From Octopus sinensis (taxonomy: Eukaryota): 64,000 bases of DNA. The stretch is taken from positions 66,836,001-66,900,000 of the forward strand of contig NC_043004.1 in NCBI RefSeq assembly GCF_006345805.1. Reading direction: 5' to 3'. Made by a program: the position numbers and the translations under genes. A model generated the notes under the pieces. It was not told where the DNA came from. It worked only from the letters and a program-made list of their open reading frames with translations, and ran no database searches. Positions 38,630-52,294 of this stretch are shown piece after piece; within the stretch, counting starts at the first letter, position 1; every line of letters starts with the position of its first letter.

Positions 38630-41395
38630 TTTGGCGTGATGTCGCATCGGCTGCGCAGATAAACGTTTCTTTTTTCGACCTTTTATTGCAGACATTTGGT
38701 TTCAATGTTTGCGCACAAAGTGTGTAAAGCACCCAGCTTTCGTTTGAGTGTGTTTTCAAGGGAGGAATTGATCCCTAGGGGCAGGTTAAAACCCATTTCT
38801 ATTTCCTTCGATTTCCTCGCTATATTTCTAAACAAAGATGGCTAAGTGAAAACATGAGGCCAACGTCCCGCCTATACCAAAGCTAGAATCGAAGGAAGCT
38901 GAAAGCAAAGCTGTTCCGCGTGAAGGCACACAGGCCTTAAAGGCTTCTGCTACTATAATGACTGCTCTCACCAATGCTACCACCACTACCGCCATCACCA
39001 CAACAACCAACACGAATACAGGTAACAATTTTGCCGCGGCTTTGAAGGTATGATCCTTACATACTTTGGTCGCAGGGTCACAAAAATAAAAATTTTTTAA
39101 ATGTACCTCCTGAAATTGAAATAGTGGGGGATTGAAATGCTACTCTTGACACGCGTCTAGACTACATGGAAAGAGATAGTAATAGGAGGGGATGCTAATG
39201 CCTCAAAAAACCTGCTCAGGCGTTTCCAACTCTCTGACAGGTACCGACTGGACCACCCGAATATGCCAATGTGGACATGGAGCAACCGCATCGGGTTGCC
39301 CAGATCGTATGTAGATAGAGTATTCTGTAGGACTATGGATAATGATAGTGTAGGTTGTCCACAATTCCACATATTCAGTTACACAGACCACAAATTTGTG
39401 ACTTGTACACTTGACTTAGATAAGACACATAGGCAGGGTCCCAGGTTACTGGAAGCTGAACGCGTCGTTCATGGCACGCCAGGATTAGAAAGACCGTATT
39501 AGTACATTATTTAAGAGAGCATTGACGGATGACATCATCAACAGCAGATGCTGGTATGCCCTAAAAACAGCAATTAAAGCAGAATTGAGTCCCGAACATT
39601 AGACCGAAATAGAATAGAGGGAGACATACTTAAGAAATTAGAAGAGTCACTTAGAACGAGCATAGCGTCCAACGTACTAGCGGCGAGGTTGTCCCTCGAC
39701 CAACACTTGGACGCCAAACACGAAGGATACGTTGTCAGAGCTAGGATGCGTGCCCTGAGGAACGAAGGAGTTGGAGCCGCGTGAGAGGCCAGTGACAGAG
39801 GCGCAACGAAGCAACAGAGCCACTATTAGATTCCTAACAGTTGAACAGGGAAGCGAAGTACTCGAGCCTGAAAGGATGTGTGAAGCCTTTCAAAAACAAT
39901 TTGCCCGACTGTTCGGGACAACTGGTGGGTCAGAATGCAGGGTAGACTTTAGTGTCTACCTGCATGGCCTGCCACGACGTCAGCAAGAGAGGTGAAGTGT
40001 GGGGAAACACCCATCACCGCGGCCTCGGACGTGCGGTATGCGATGGAGACAATTCACCAGGCTTGGAGGATATTCCCTACGAGGTTTATTGTCATATGCC
40101 AGACTTGTTTGGAGGCGTCTTAGCAGCTGCCTACTGCAAGTGGCAGCAAAACTGGAGTATTCCCGTCTTTGTAAGGCGAGGAGCGGTGGCAATGCTAAAG
40201 AAAGATCCAAACAAGGGGATCGTCATAGATAATTTCAGGCCCATCACGCTGCTCAACGCAGATTTTAAAATTTTGGCCAAGGTCTTAGCAGAGATAGAGT
40301 AGTAGGCCATCACTACTTAGAGGCTGTCCTTATAGCAGCTGCTTTCGGTTGGATCGCTGCCTTATACAGCGGCAACCGCTCGGTAGTTCGCGTAAATGGT
40401 CATCTATGCAGACACTTTAACATCATGCGTTTGGTTCGTCAAGGATGCCTCCTCTCGTCGCTTCTGTATGTATTGACTCTTGAGCCACTACTGCGGAAGC
40501 TGGTGACGCTGAGGGGCATCCCACGAGATCTGGGAAGTGAGAGGGGCGTGTCTGCATACGCACACGACATAACCGTCATAGTGTCAAGCCACAAGGTCAT
40601 CGTCCTGGTCGGCGAGACAGTAAAAGAATACGAAGCAGTAACTGGAACAAAAAATTAACGGGGTAAAGTAAGTGGGTTTGCGGCTGGGAATGTGGAGAAG
40701 CAAGCTCATGCCGTCTAACAGCATCTCCATCGTGGGACGCTAGACAGACGGACCGGTTAAATTGCTTGGAGGCTGGTTCGGTCCGGACTTCCAAACGGAA
40801 AAGAAGTGGGGCGAAATAACGACTAGGTTGGCTACTCTCACCCAGCAATGGGCCGAGAGGAAGCTATATCTAAAAGGTCAGGCGGAGGGGGCGAACGCGT
40901 ACATCCCGTCCATCATCGAGCACCGTCTGACTGTCTAGTCTTGTTCCGACCCTATCACCAAACTGGAACGCATACTCTTCCGCTTCTTGTGGAAGAGAAG
41001 CGTTTCAATGGTAAGGCGAACCATTTGCTGTCAATACCTGCTAAATGGAGGGCTAGGCATGCTGTGGTTGATGATGCGCAGACATTCACTGAGGCTGCAA
41101 CATCCCCGGCACCCATAAACGACGGTGAACAGGTGTGGTCGCCTTTTGTGCGGCGTGCTTTCCCGCAGCTCGTCTCCTTGGCCGAACTGCAGTCGTGTAC
41201 CAAACAGAGACCGAGGCTAGACGAATGGTACCGCGAGGATTGCGTTGCTCTCAAGCATCTCTGCCGTCCGGAGCCAAAACTTGTGCGACTTCATTACATC
41301 AAAGGCGTTCTATAGAGGAATAGGGGAGGGGCGGTGCGACGACATTCCCGGGCAGAATCTGGGTGTCGACGAGGACCACCTGACCCGCCTTTAAA
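38630..41395 (+). mobile_element. Degenerate L1/Tx1-type LINE: ORF1 start, APE endonuclease C-terminus and reverse transcriptase, with internal deletions
   Basis: WTWSNR...YVDRVF...TDHKFV...QGP (APE C-terminus, 39263-39450); SPGLEDIPYEVY and NFRPITLLNADFKILAKVLA (40060-40290); VRQGCLLSSLLY and AYAHD (degenerate YADD; 40430-40570). Multiple stops and frameshifts. Confidence 0.92.
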
Positions 41396-41396
41396 A

Positions 41397-41871
41397 TGCA
41401 AAACGTAATATAGTTCATGAACAATACTTTTAGAAACTTCCAACTCTTCTGCAATTTCTCTAGTCATGATATTTGAATTTTCGTCAATTTTAACCTTCAA
41501 AATATCTTCCTCCAATTTTGAAGGTTTTCCAATGCGACTATAATCTTCCAGGCTAAATTCTTCAGCTTTAAATTTTGGAAAATACCTTGGAACACTTGAT
41601 TCACTTACAGCATCGTCACCATAAATTTCACAAATGATTTTGCAAGACTTTGCAATATTTCCTCCTTCATTTAAAAAGAAACGTGTCACAATGCGAATAC
41701 GAAATTTCTGGTTATCCATTTCAAAAGTCAGTAAAGGGTAACCGGAATGAAACAAGTCTATGCACTATCACTTCAAGCGACGCCAAAGTTTTAACTGTTT
41801 TATGCTTTTGGTGTGTTCATTGAAGCGTTAAAATATTTAGCTTAAAGGCGCTCAGAACTTTCCGGACAACT

Positions 41872-41877
<6 letters not shown>
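41397..41877 (-). mobile_element. 5' fragment of a mariner transposon (left end plus N-terminal HTH domains)
   Basis: MDNQKFRIRIVTRFFLNEGGNIAKSCKIICEIYGDDAVSESSV...FSLEDYSRIGKPS...TREIAEELEVSKSIV is the mariner HTH pattern. TA-AAGTTGTCCGGAAAGTTC is a TIR-like end near 41860-41877. No DD(D/E) domain is present. Confidence 0.88.
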
Positions 41878-41925
<48 letters not shown>

Positions 41926-41962
41926 ACATGCATGTATGTATGTATATATGTATATACACGCC

Positions 41963-42100
41963 ACAATCTTCTTTCAGCTTCTCTCTCCTAAATCCACTCA
42001 CAAGCCTTTGGTCGGCTCGAGGCCATAGAAAGGGAGATATTTGTCCAAGGTACCACGCATTCGGACTGAATCCGTAATCATGTGGTTGGGAAGCAAGACT
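41963..42100 (-). mobile_element. SINE family A, 5' half
   Basis: TCTTCTTTCAG...AAATCCACTCACAAGCCTTTGGTCGG...CATGTGGTTGGGAAGCAAG. Confidence 0.8.
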
Positions 42101-42411
42101 TTTGGTATAAATTTCTGCCGAAGAGAAAGAGAGAGAGAGGGGAGACAGAAAGTCAGTGAAGGAGAATGAAACAAAGAAAGGAAGAAAGAAGGAATGGAAG
42201 GAAGGAAGAAAGGAAAGAAGGAAATGCAGTTTGTCTTCAGTTATGGCTGCTATATTATGGGCAACGAGAGGCTCAACTGGTAAAGGAGACTTCGGTGAGA
42301 TTTCAATTCTGACCAGTGATTCACAACAATTACTCAAAGCAATTTGTCTGAAGCTGTAATGAGTCTCCCAAATCGGTTTTTTGCTGTGTACAGATACGTA
42401 CATGCATACAC

Positions 42412-42461
<50 letters not shown>

Positions 42462-43082
42462 ACACACACACACGTACACACACACACAACACACACATAC
42501 ATGAATATGCATGCCTACATAATCACGTAGACATGTATACATACATAAAAACATACAACATACGTAGACACATCCACATATATGTATAAGTGTGTATGAA
42601 GGTGCGTATGTATGCTTACATATTATTTGCAATCTTAATCTACACCCACTGCAAGACCATTTGTCTTCTCGAGGCTGTACATTCACTGCGGATGCGTATA
42701 ATTCCCTCATCAATTATGGGATAAACCGATCAAATTCCATTCCTTAGAACAACTCTAAGATGCAACAACAATCCTATTAAATTATCTTAATTTGTCCTCG
42801 TTCCTTTCCGTTAACGAAATTATAATACAGTCGTACTTCCACCATGTTGATACGGGTTCCGGATTTTTCCATTTTATACATTCAGATTACTGTAATCGCT
42901 TTATAATTATTTGCTGGTCTTTTATTATTGAAATAATCGGATAAAACCTTTTACATACTTACAAACATACAACTTGTTACTATTCTTTGAAAATATGGGA
43001 CAATATCTAATATTTTTCAACATCAATGCTCTATTAATATGGTTACAAATTTTTACACAACGGCAATAATTTCGAGGGAGGG

Positions 43083-43205
43083 CGTAAGTCGACTGCTGGT
43101 ACTTATTTTATCGATCCGAAAGGATGATAGGTAAAGCTGACCCCGGCGACATTTGCACTCAGAACGTAAATCGAAATATTTGCAGCTAAGCAATTTGCAT
43201 GGCGG
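43083..43205 (-). mobile_element. SINE family C, degenerate
   Basis: CTGGTACTTATTTTATCGATCCGAAAGGATGATAGGTAAAG...ACTCAGAACGTA. Confidence 0.7.
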
Positions 43206-43684
43206 GCTAATAATGATTCTGCCAGTTTGCTAACTTTCTGATCTATTAATATTAATTTATTATTATAGTTTTAACTCATTAAACACTGTCCATGCCGGAG
43301 CCGTTACCTTCGTGTGGATAGTCGAATGTATTGTCCATACATACCTTAAATTTCACTTATTTTATGGAGCCCCCAAAAATTAAAATGTAAAAATCATCTT
43401 GAGCACGAATTTTCACACATAGCGCAAACAAAAATTTACTACATATGAGACACATTATTCATTGTACGATCTTTTATTGACTTTTCTATCAATCAGTCCG
43501 AAATAATGCCGAAATAATGCCGAAGAATGTGTAATACAAAATGGTGAATTTTGTATTACACATTTATTTGTATTAAGCATTTATTTGATGTGGATAGGCA
43601 TAGCATAAAAAATTTGTTTGTGATAATATTTCCCTGGTTCAGTACCAATACACAACAGTTTGGCAAACTATTCTTTTAATCTTC

Positions 43685-44072
43685 TATTTGTTTCGGTCAT
43701 TTGACTGTGGCCATGCTGGAGCACCGCCTGTAGTCGAGTAAATCGACCCCAGGACTTATTCTTTGTAAGCCTAGTATTTATTCTATCGGTTCCTTTTGTC
43801 GAACCGCTAAGTTACTGGGACGTAAACACACCAGCATCGGTTGTCAAGCGATGTTGGTGTAACGAACACAGACACACAAGCATATACACCCACATACAAT
43901 TTCTGTCTACCAAATCCACTTTTAGTTTCCGTCTACCAAATCCACTCACAAGGCTTTGGTAGGTCCGAAGCTTTAGTAGCAGACACTTGCCTAAGGTGAC
44001 ACGTAGTAAGTCTGGACCCAGGGCCATGTGGTTCATAAGCAGGCTACTTACCACACAGCCACTCCTACGCCT
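43685..44072 (-). mobile_element. SINE family A
   Basis: TTGTTTCGGTCATTTGACTGTGGCC...CCACACAGCCACTCCTACGCCT. Confidence 0.9.
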
Positions 44073-46201
44073 TACTCTTTACTATAAATATGAGGGTAAA
44101 ACTGCATAAGGCTGTCAAATACAATATTGCACATCTTTAAAAACAAATGTGGCAGACATAGTCGATGCAATATTGGATGAATTCAAAACAATTCTGTCTT
44201 TTGGAAGATTTGCGACTAACGTTCCAGTTTGAGAGTATAGGCAAATTTACTTCAGGCACAGTAAACGTGCCACATGTACTGTTTTTCCTACATAGGTTCA
44301 TCCTTTAATACAATCGCTGGACAGTGAACCCAGTCAATTATTTGTGACTCTTGCTATACGAATGGCAGTAGGCGTACTCAAAAAGTCATATGACAAAGAT
44401 GTCCCATTAGTGAGGATTTTAATATATTTTATAATTGTGTTCTCTCGTAATTCTCTACCACCTATATGCAGTTGGCCGAGAAGAAATAGCAGACAAATTG
44501 TCCTCTAACCACACATTTAATAATATAATCCTGCCGACAAAGCGAAGAAAAAAGGGCAGTTATTCCGGTTATTTATTTTTTTCCTTTTAGAACACAGCTC
44601 TCATAGGTCTTATCACTGATGAAGCAGCATCAACCGCACGGAAAGAAAATCAACAGCAACAACGAGTTTCCTTTGCGTGAAATTGGTTTCAAACATTATG
44701 TTCCTTTATAGTGCTAAATACCAGCGAGAAGTAAATGATTGTCACCACTTCACATGCTATTCTCTTTTTATCTGTCTCCAGCAGTAATGGTTTTTATGTG
44801 ACAAGCCTCACAAAGTAACAATAATCATTTAAGACTGGCAATCATTTATTTTTATTTGTTAGGATACAAACAGCAAACATGTGCATAAAATTAATTTAAA
44901 TGTTCATAGTTAAATACATATATTTAGCAGCTTCCCAAATATAGAACTAAATGTGACTCTGAAATGTAAATATATTCATTAATAGCTTTGGTTTTCGTCG
45001 GAATGCTCTTAAAATATTTTCTTCTTCAAAGGAAACGCCGCATCACTAACTAGCTACACCTATAATTGCGTCCAATAACCATTTCTCTACCAATTCATGT
45101 AATGGAATTGTACGCGGAGAGATGATAGTTCAATATAATTCAATTTCTGATGAAACGAAAGCTGGTGACTATGTCGCATAATCGCATTATAAAACGCACA
45201 GTATAGGAGACCTGTAAGGAGATACTTTACAGCGGGGCCTTTAGCGGCAACTAATAATGTTCAAAAGAGGTGTAAAAATGGAGGAGAAATGATGTGTATC
45301 TAGCTATTCATTCTCAATGCTGCATCTCCATTTGCCAGGAATTTCATTACACATACGTTAATGCTTGCAACATTTAAAGAATTGCTTTCATCTGGTAGGC
45401 GAAAAGCCGTATTAACATAGAAAGCGGCGTAAGTAATAATAATGAATAAAATATTTCACTCTCCACTTTGCTCCACTAATTATCACCAGAATCTCTGTTA
45501 TCGACAGGATTGCCTCATTTACTTCTCACTAAGTTTCCTTTCGTATATAAATCATTATTATTCACTATTTACACATTTCTTATCAACTTTTATTCATTTT
45601 TTACAAATAACTTTCCACCCCAGCTCTCTCACACGCTATCTACCTCTCCCTCTGTCTGTCTGTCTATTTCTCTCTCTCACTCACTCTCTCATACGTTCTA
45701 TAATTCATGTCCCTTACTCTCTCTCTCTCTATCTCTCCTTCTCTCTATAGACATGCGAAAACTGTCGCAAAATTCATGGGTGGCCACAGATGTGCACTTG
45801 ATATTAAAAGATGTGTGTCCACAAATCTCATGAACTTCAACTACGAGTCGATTCCAGAGCTTCTGTAGTATCACACAACCTGCTAGAAATAGCAACCCTT
45901 TCTTTATTCAAATAAAATTTCTTAAATAAATAGAGACCGCATTGAATATGGGTATACATAATGCATAATCCAACAAGAACGTCATGGTGATATAAAAAAA
46001 TTTTCAAACATAGACTAATCGGAGAGACTAAACAAAAGTAAAATCAAGACCAAATTGTACAATAATCTTATGTTGGAACCACAGAAAGGGAACCATCAGT
46101 CTTCTAGGCCCAAAAGAATTCGTCGATAATCAACCTTGAAATATCAATGTCTGTCTTCTTAATCGGCAGATTTTTAAAGCAATATTATAAATATTCATAC
46201 A

Positions 46202-46249
<48 letters not shown>

Positions 46250-46274
46250 CAATATTATAAATATTCATACACGC

Positions 46275-46322
<48 letters not shown>

Positions 46323-46339
46323 AAAGATAGATAGATAGG

Positions 46340-46372
<33 letters not shown>

Positions 46373-46996
46373 GTTTATATGTATGTATGTACACACACAC
46401 ACACGCACATATATATGTATATGCAATATAATATATGTAACTACTGCTAAGTTTAATAATAATAAATTACCCGTCAAGTACCATTCCCTTAAAATCATTA
46501 TTATATAGAGAAATTACAGAGAGCTCATCTTTTTCACTGATCCTTTTGAACTGCTACACCAGTTCTATTTTGAAGCATCACCTCGATGGATTACGAATAG
46601 GTTTTATAAGTCACTGTTGAGTTTGACTATACTCTTTCAGAACGCCAAACTGGGCGACAGAACATTTTTTTTTTATGCTTATGGTTCGCTGCTTGGAAGT
46701 AATGTTATTATTCTCACCTTAAATAAAAATCTTTGTGATCGCTCTCTTTTACATCTTCCGAGGATTTAGTCAGGGAAAATCTTGTTTGTGAAAGCCACCT
46801 CGTAGGTTTAAAGGGTTAAGCTAGTTTTTTTTTATCACATTCCTTTGTTTAATCATCGGGCTGGACTAACTGTTGGAAGTTGTAAGCACTTTGGTTGATG
46901 TGTAACACCACTGTTATAAACAGAGGTGTATTTGTGTATTTGTGTGAATATTCCTTTCACGATAGGCACAAGGCCTGTAAATTTGGGGAAGCCGCA

Positions 46997-47375
46997 AGTC
47001 GATTGCATCCATTCAGTATTCGTCTGGTATATATTTTATCTACTCTCAAAGGATGAAAGTTTAAGTTGACCTCAGTGGAATTTGGAATCAGAACTTAAGA
47101 GGTAAGAAAATGGTGTTCAGCTTTTTGTCCGACGTGTCGACGATTCAGCTATCTCGTTGCCTTGTATATGTACATAATGTAGAATTAATAGAAAGCGGCG
47201 AGATGGCAGAAACGTTAGCACTCCGGGCGAAATGTCTTTACGTTGTGAGTTCAAATTCCGCCGAGGTCGACTTTGCTTTTCATCATTTCGGGGTTGATAA
47301 ATTAAGTACTAGTTGCATACTGGCGTCGATCTAATCTCCAAAAATTTCGGACCTTATGTCTAGAGTAGAAAAGAA
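46997..47375. mobile_element. Head-to-head pair of SINE family C copies (minus 46997-47150, plus 47193-47375)
   Basis: A degenerate minus copy is followed by AAAGCGGCGAGATGGCAGAAACGTTAGC on the plus strand. Confidence 0.75.
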
Positions 47376-49419
47376 TATAGAATGAATAGACACATGACGA
47401 GAGGTATACAACAGGCACATGCACACCGACATCTGCGTGTGTATGTATACAACTCATAAACGTACATATAAATGAAACAAGGAAGGAGAAATGGGTAAGA
47501 AATATGTGTAAAGCAAACCAGTTAGAGTGGCATACTTATGCAGTAATATAATAAATACCTGAACATTTACGTAATCATTTTACTATTCCACATCTCCACC
47601 TGGAAACTAAAAACAGAAATTAGTGTTGCACATTTTACACCAATTTTACTTCACCTGAACACATTTCGAAATATCTGTTCACGAAATGGCATTTAATTTT
47701 ACTACAAATCTTAAATTGCTGTAGTTAAATGTAATTGTTGTGTCAGTATTAATTAAGGAAAAAAGTTATGGAAATACTATCAGAATAAGATTAGAATATG
47801 TTATATACTTCAATTATCCGAAAATTAATGTTTTTCTAAAAGTTGAATTACTGGATAATTTAGATATATTTATATCATCAAATATTTTTCTTTTCCTTTG
47901 TATTTCCTCATTTGCTTCCCTTATATCCTGTTATTTGTTTTTCGTTTGTCGATATTTCTTTTTTTTTTGTTTATTTAATACCTGGCTTTTTGAAAGAAGT
48001 GAGTAATTGACAACTATGCATTTCAAGTGAATGCGTTTGTCCAAATTTGTTTAGAATCACAGGCAACCTTCTGGTGAAGATTTCCTGATGGTATAGATAC
48101 AAACGAAACCAACCAGGCGGAGCCAACTTTTTTCGGAAGTTCACTTCTAGTGAGATGCGTTTATTTTGGTACAAAACTCATGAATTATTCTTTCAAACTA
48201 ACCTCAGAGTACACGGCCAGCTTGAATAAAAAGCAAAATGTCGCTCATATCGCAGCATATCTTTGAAAAATGAGGTTTGCAACGATGTGGTTTTTGTCTG
48301 TCTATGTTTGAAAAGTAGTAAGTAATCTAGTTTAAAGTAAACTCGATTAGTTATCTGCTCTAGCTGGAAGTTTAATAGAAGTAAAAATTCACCAATTAAA
48401 ACAAGCTTTCTCATGTTCTTACAAGATGTTAACTGACGCACAATTAAGATTATTATTAAGAATTTACTGTAGTAACCTGTTCTTAGATAAAGCGCAAATC
48501 ATACTATATTCTATGCCAAAACCTATTTCGTAGCTATTTTCAATTCAAATAATTTAATTTGTATATGAATTGAAAATTATTTAAGACGTATATAGAAACG
48601 TGTATTATCTGTTTTCTGAACTTTCAAAATTGTCTTAACATCTACAGAATTCGTATCCGAAAATGTATATAAAAGAAGGTATTTTACGCAAAGCATTAAT
48701 TTCGGTCGATGAGCAATAATTCAGATATTCGACGATCTCTAAGTCACATTATTGTCGAGGAGAGATAATATAATTTCTAGGAAAATATTTTTTGAAATAC
48801 CGGCATCGTATAAAACGGAATGTGGTTTTCAACTGTTCAACATTAAAGGCACTAAAATGAAGAACATGCCTACTGAAACATCGAATTTGCGTAATGCAAC
48901 AGTAATAAGTGGAAAATAAAAATTCCCTAAGTGCTGTGCTGCTTAAGCATCACAGAAATAAATAGCAGCTTTAAACGAAATACATTTTAGGTCCTGCATC
49001 AAGTAAGAGAAAACTGCGTTGTAATAATATGTTAGGAAGAAAATATATCGTTTCTCTTAGGCGTAGTTTGTAGTTTATGTTATTTTCAAACTAAATCGAA
49101 TTCTGTATAAGACATTAAGACTCTAACATTTATATCAAGCGAAGACTCGTGTTCACAACCGTCCGCTTACTTCTACGTAAAAAAGAAAACGACAACAATA
49201 AAAACAACAACAAAACAATCTTTCTGTTAATTGCGTACCAATAAAGGAAAATTGTTGATTATAATAAATGATCTGCCTCTCATTTGAAGTTGATTGTATC
49301 TGGAATTAGTTGTTGGTTCACCCCTTTACCAGGCAGAAATCATACCCATAAATGAAATATGTAAATCGTACTTTGTGATGTAGCACTTTCTTGGAGTCGC
49401 TTGTTCATAAACGTTCATA

Positions 49420-49757
49420 TAGGCCATTGCGTGGCACCTTGTGCAAGAGTCTTCTACTATAGCCTCGGTCCGACCAAAGCCTTTTGAGAGGATTCGGTAG
49501 ATAGAAACTGAAAGAAGCTCGTCGTATATATGTATATATATATGTGTGTATATATTTGTGTGTCTGTGTTTGTCACCCCAACATCGCTTGACAACCGATG
49601 CTGGTGTGTTTACGTCCCCGTAACCTAGCGGTTCGGCAAAAGATACCGATAGAATAAGGTTCCAAAGAATAAGTCCTGGGGTCGATTTGCTCGACTAAAT
49701 GCGGTCTTCCTGCATGGCCGCAGTTAAATGATTGAAACAAGTAAAAGAGTAAAGAGT
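49420..49757 (+). mobile_element. SINE family A, lacking the head
   Basis: CCATTGCGTGGCACCTTGTGCAAG...GATTGAAACAAGTAAAAGAGTAAAGAG. Confidence 0.9.
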
Positions 49758-50036
49758 ATACGTGGCATAATTCGTTAAATTTTGTGCACATTCTGTAATC
49801 GAACATTCCATAGCAAGCCACTTGTATGAATTTATCCGATATCAAATCGGTTACCAACGTACGAGCCAGACATTGCGTATATAAAACACATATACAAAAT
49901 TACACAGACACATACACGTATATACAAACACACAGAAACACACACTATCATATATGCATATATTCTCATCTAAAATGGAGAGGAATACCTATGTGTGTGT
50001 GTGTGTATATATATATATATACATATATATATATAC

Positions 50037-50081
50037 TTACTTGGAAATGGATACGTGGCGTACAATCAAATAACAATATAA

Positions 50082-50124
<43 letters not shown>

Positions 50125-50432
50125 CTACTTGGAAGTGGATGCGTGGCGTTCATTCAGATAATAATATAAATTATATATATATATATATTATGCATATATA
50201 GGTGCAGGACGTCACCACCAGTAGAAAACATGAAATGCAAAAACAAAAGTGTTCAATACGCAAACGACGAGAGAACCAAATGGAAAAAAGAACAACAATG
50301 CTCGAAATGAGGATTAGATAGACAGCCGGCAACTGATGTAGGGTCGTTCTTTACGTTACTTGTCTTGTTTTCCATTTGTTTCTCGCGTTGTTTGTGTATT
50401 GAACTTTTTTGTTTTCGCCCTTCGTGTTGTTT
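50037..50432. mobile_element. Cluster of fragments of the ~720-bp element superfamily, including a fold-back of its 3' end
   Basis: Two ~45-bp ACTTGGAA(A/G)TGGAT(A/G)CGTGGCGT copies (also at 31307); an inverted 3' end at 50197-50295; a forward GAAA...CTGATG...U-rich tail at 50296-50432. Confidence 0.65.
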
Positions 50433-50470
50433 ATCTATCTATCTATCGATCTATATATCTATCTATCTAC

Positions 50471-50523
<53 letters not shown>

Positions 50524-50639
50524 ATATATTATTTATATTTGTATATATGCATACTTATATATATATTATGTATGTATTTATAAAAGTGGGTAAATAACAA
50601 AAGAATATAGTACTCTAAACATTTAGCTGCTAAGTTGTA

Positions 50640-50800
50640 TTACTAAAATATAAGAACATGTTGACCCCCCCACCACACATTACTAATATAAATAGGAAAC
50701 TATTCAAACTATTAAAAAATATACGATATAAAATCTAGCCGACATTGAAACATGAAGACCCATCAAACCATTCTTAAAAATAAAATGTACACTGCTCTAG
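50640..50800 (+). pseudogene. Possible degenerate Penelope-like RT thumb relic
   Basis: Manual translation ..PP..ITNINRKLFKLLKNI.. resembles the NPP...TNIGRKFxxLLxKHF segment of PLE RTs. Confidence 0.35.
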
Positions 50801-52294
50801 GAATATATTTCCATCGATAATAAAACTCAGTGTGTTCTCCTAAAAGTGCTTTCTCATGATCAAATTATATTTGTGTGTGCGTGTGTATGTGTGAAGTAGG
50901 TCTGAGCGGGTGTATATAACAGTCTGTGTAATCGAATAGGATTCTTCATGTTTAAGTGGACATATGTATTATTAAAAAAAAGACGTGTCTCAGCTTATGA
51001 GTTTGTTCCTGCTTACGAGTTGGTATTCTTGTTCGTGTACATAATTGTATCGCCGCTTGTTTGCATGAATCAATGCGTAAAAGAATTTCAAATTCGATGT
51101 TAGTGGCACGAAAAGAAATTGGTGTTTTAGTTTTGTATTTTTTTATAATAAATATCGACATAAATATTGCTATTTAATAAAGATTTAATCTATTTCCCAA
51201 GACATTAGATAATTAATTCTATACACTATCTCTGATAATTAATACACATTTCATTAAATATGATAACAGAATACTCTCTTCTGAATATCCATTTTTCAAA
51301 ATTACACACACACATACACACATATACATCTTCCACTTAGGTATTTTTCTCTATTTTATCAAACAATGGTAGAGCAGTGCGCACGACCTCTTGGCAGTAT
51401 TCCAATTATTAGTGAAGTATTAGAGAGAATGTATTGACATAATCTGGCCAGAGACATGTGCAGAATGTATCTCAAATAAGCGAATTTGCCACCCAATTAA
51501 AAGTACACAAGACAATGACTGGACATTAAATGCACAGGCTCCAGTGAGTTATAGACCAACTGACTGTCTTCTGGATAACTCATATTTATTTACCGCCAGT
51601 CGGTTCAAGATCTGTGTGTATGAGAAAAGACATGTACCCGAAATCGCACGAACTCTAGTCTCGAAGCCAAGTCCATGCTATTGCGAAATAAATTTGTGAG
51701 TCATCCATCCATAATATACATCCATTTTAATTCAGATTTCATTACAAAATATACCTTCCAGTTTTATTTTGCTAAAATCCTTTCAAATTACATACATAAA
51801 ATGTTGATTATCGACTTTATTGGATAAGATCAAAATATACTGATGTTTAGTGTAGCATACAAATTGAAAATAATGTAAAAAAACCATATGTGCAAAATGA
51901 ATCAATCTAAATATTTAACGCGGTGTGGGTTTTAGAAATTCACAAATGGTTGAAATTTCTAGTATTGAATCATGGCAAATAGGTAAATTTAATTATGGTA
52001 TACTTATTTCCCATAAGGTTAAAAATTCAAGCACCGTAAGGTATCATTTCGTCCATTCTTACAATTTGAGTTCGAATACCACCTAGGCCGACTTTGCCTT
52101 TCAGCCTTTCGGGGCCAATAATTTAAACAACTGCAAATTGGGAACTAAGATCCCCGTTGACAGGCCGTTGGTACTTATAGTGTTAAACACTTTCCATATG
52201 CAAATTAGGAACACCTTCATAGAGTAACTACTGCATTTGTTGAGTATATAAACAGTTTGCTTGTTTCTCTGGAGACTGTCAGAATAATGTAGAC

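Noticed and set aside
45147-45175. CTGATGA-AAC-GAAA
   Set aside because: No room for stem II and no flanking stems.
46177-46300. 62-bp direct duplication around (TA)n
   Set aside because: Ordinary slippage duplication at a microsatellite.
47971-48441. Two adjacent minus-strand ORFs (67 and 82 aa) in unique sequence
   Set aside because: No recognisable motif and no convincing splice-site pair.
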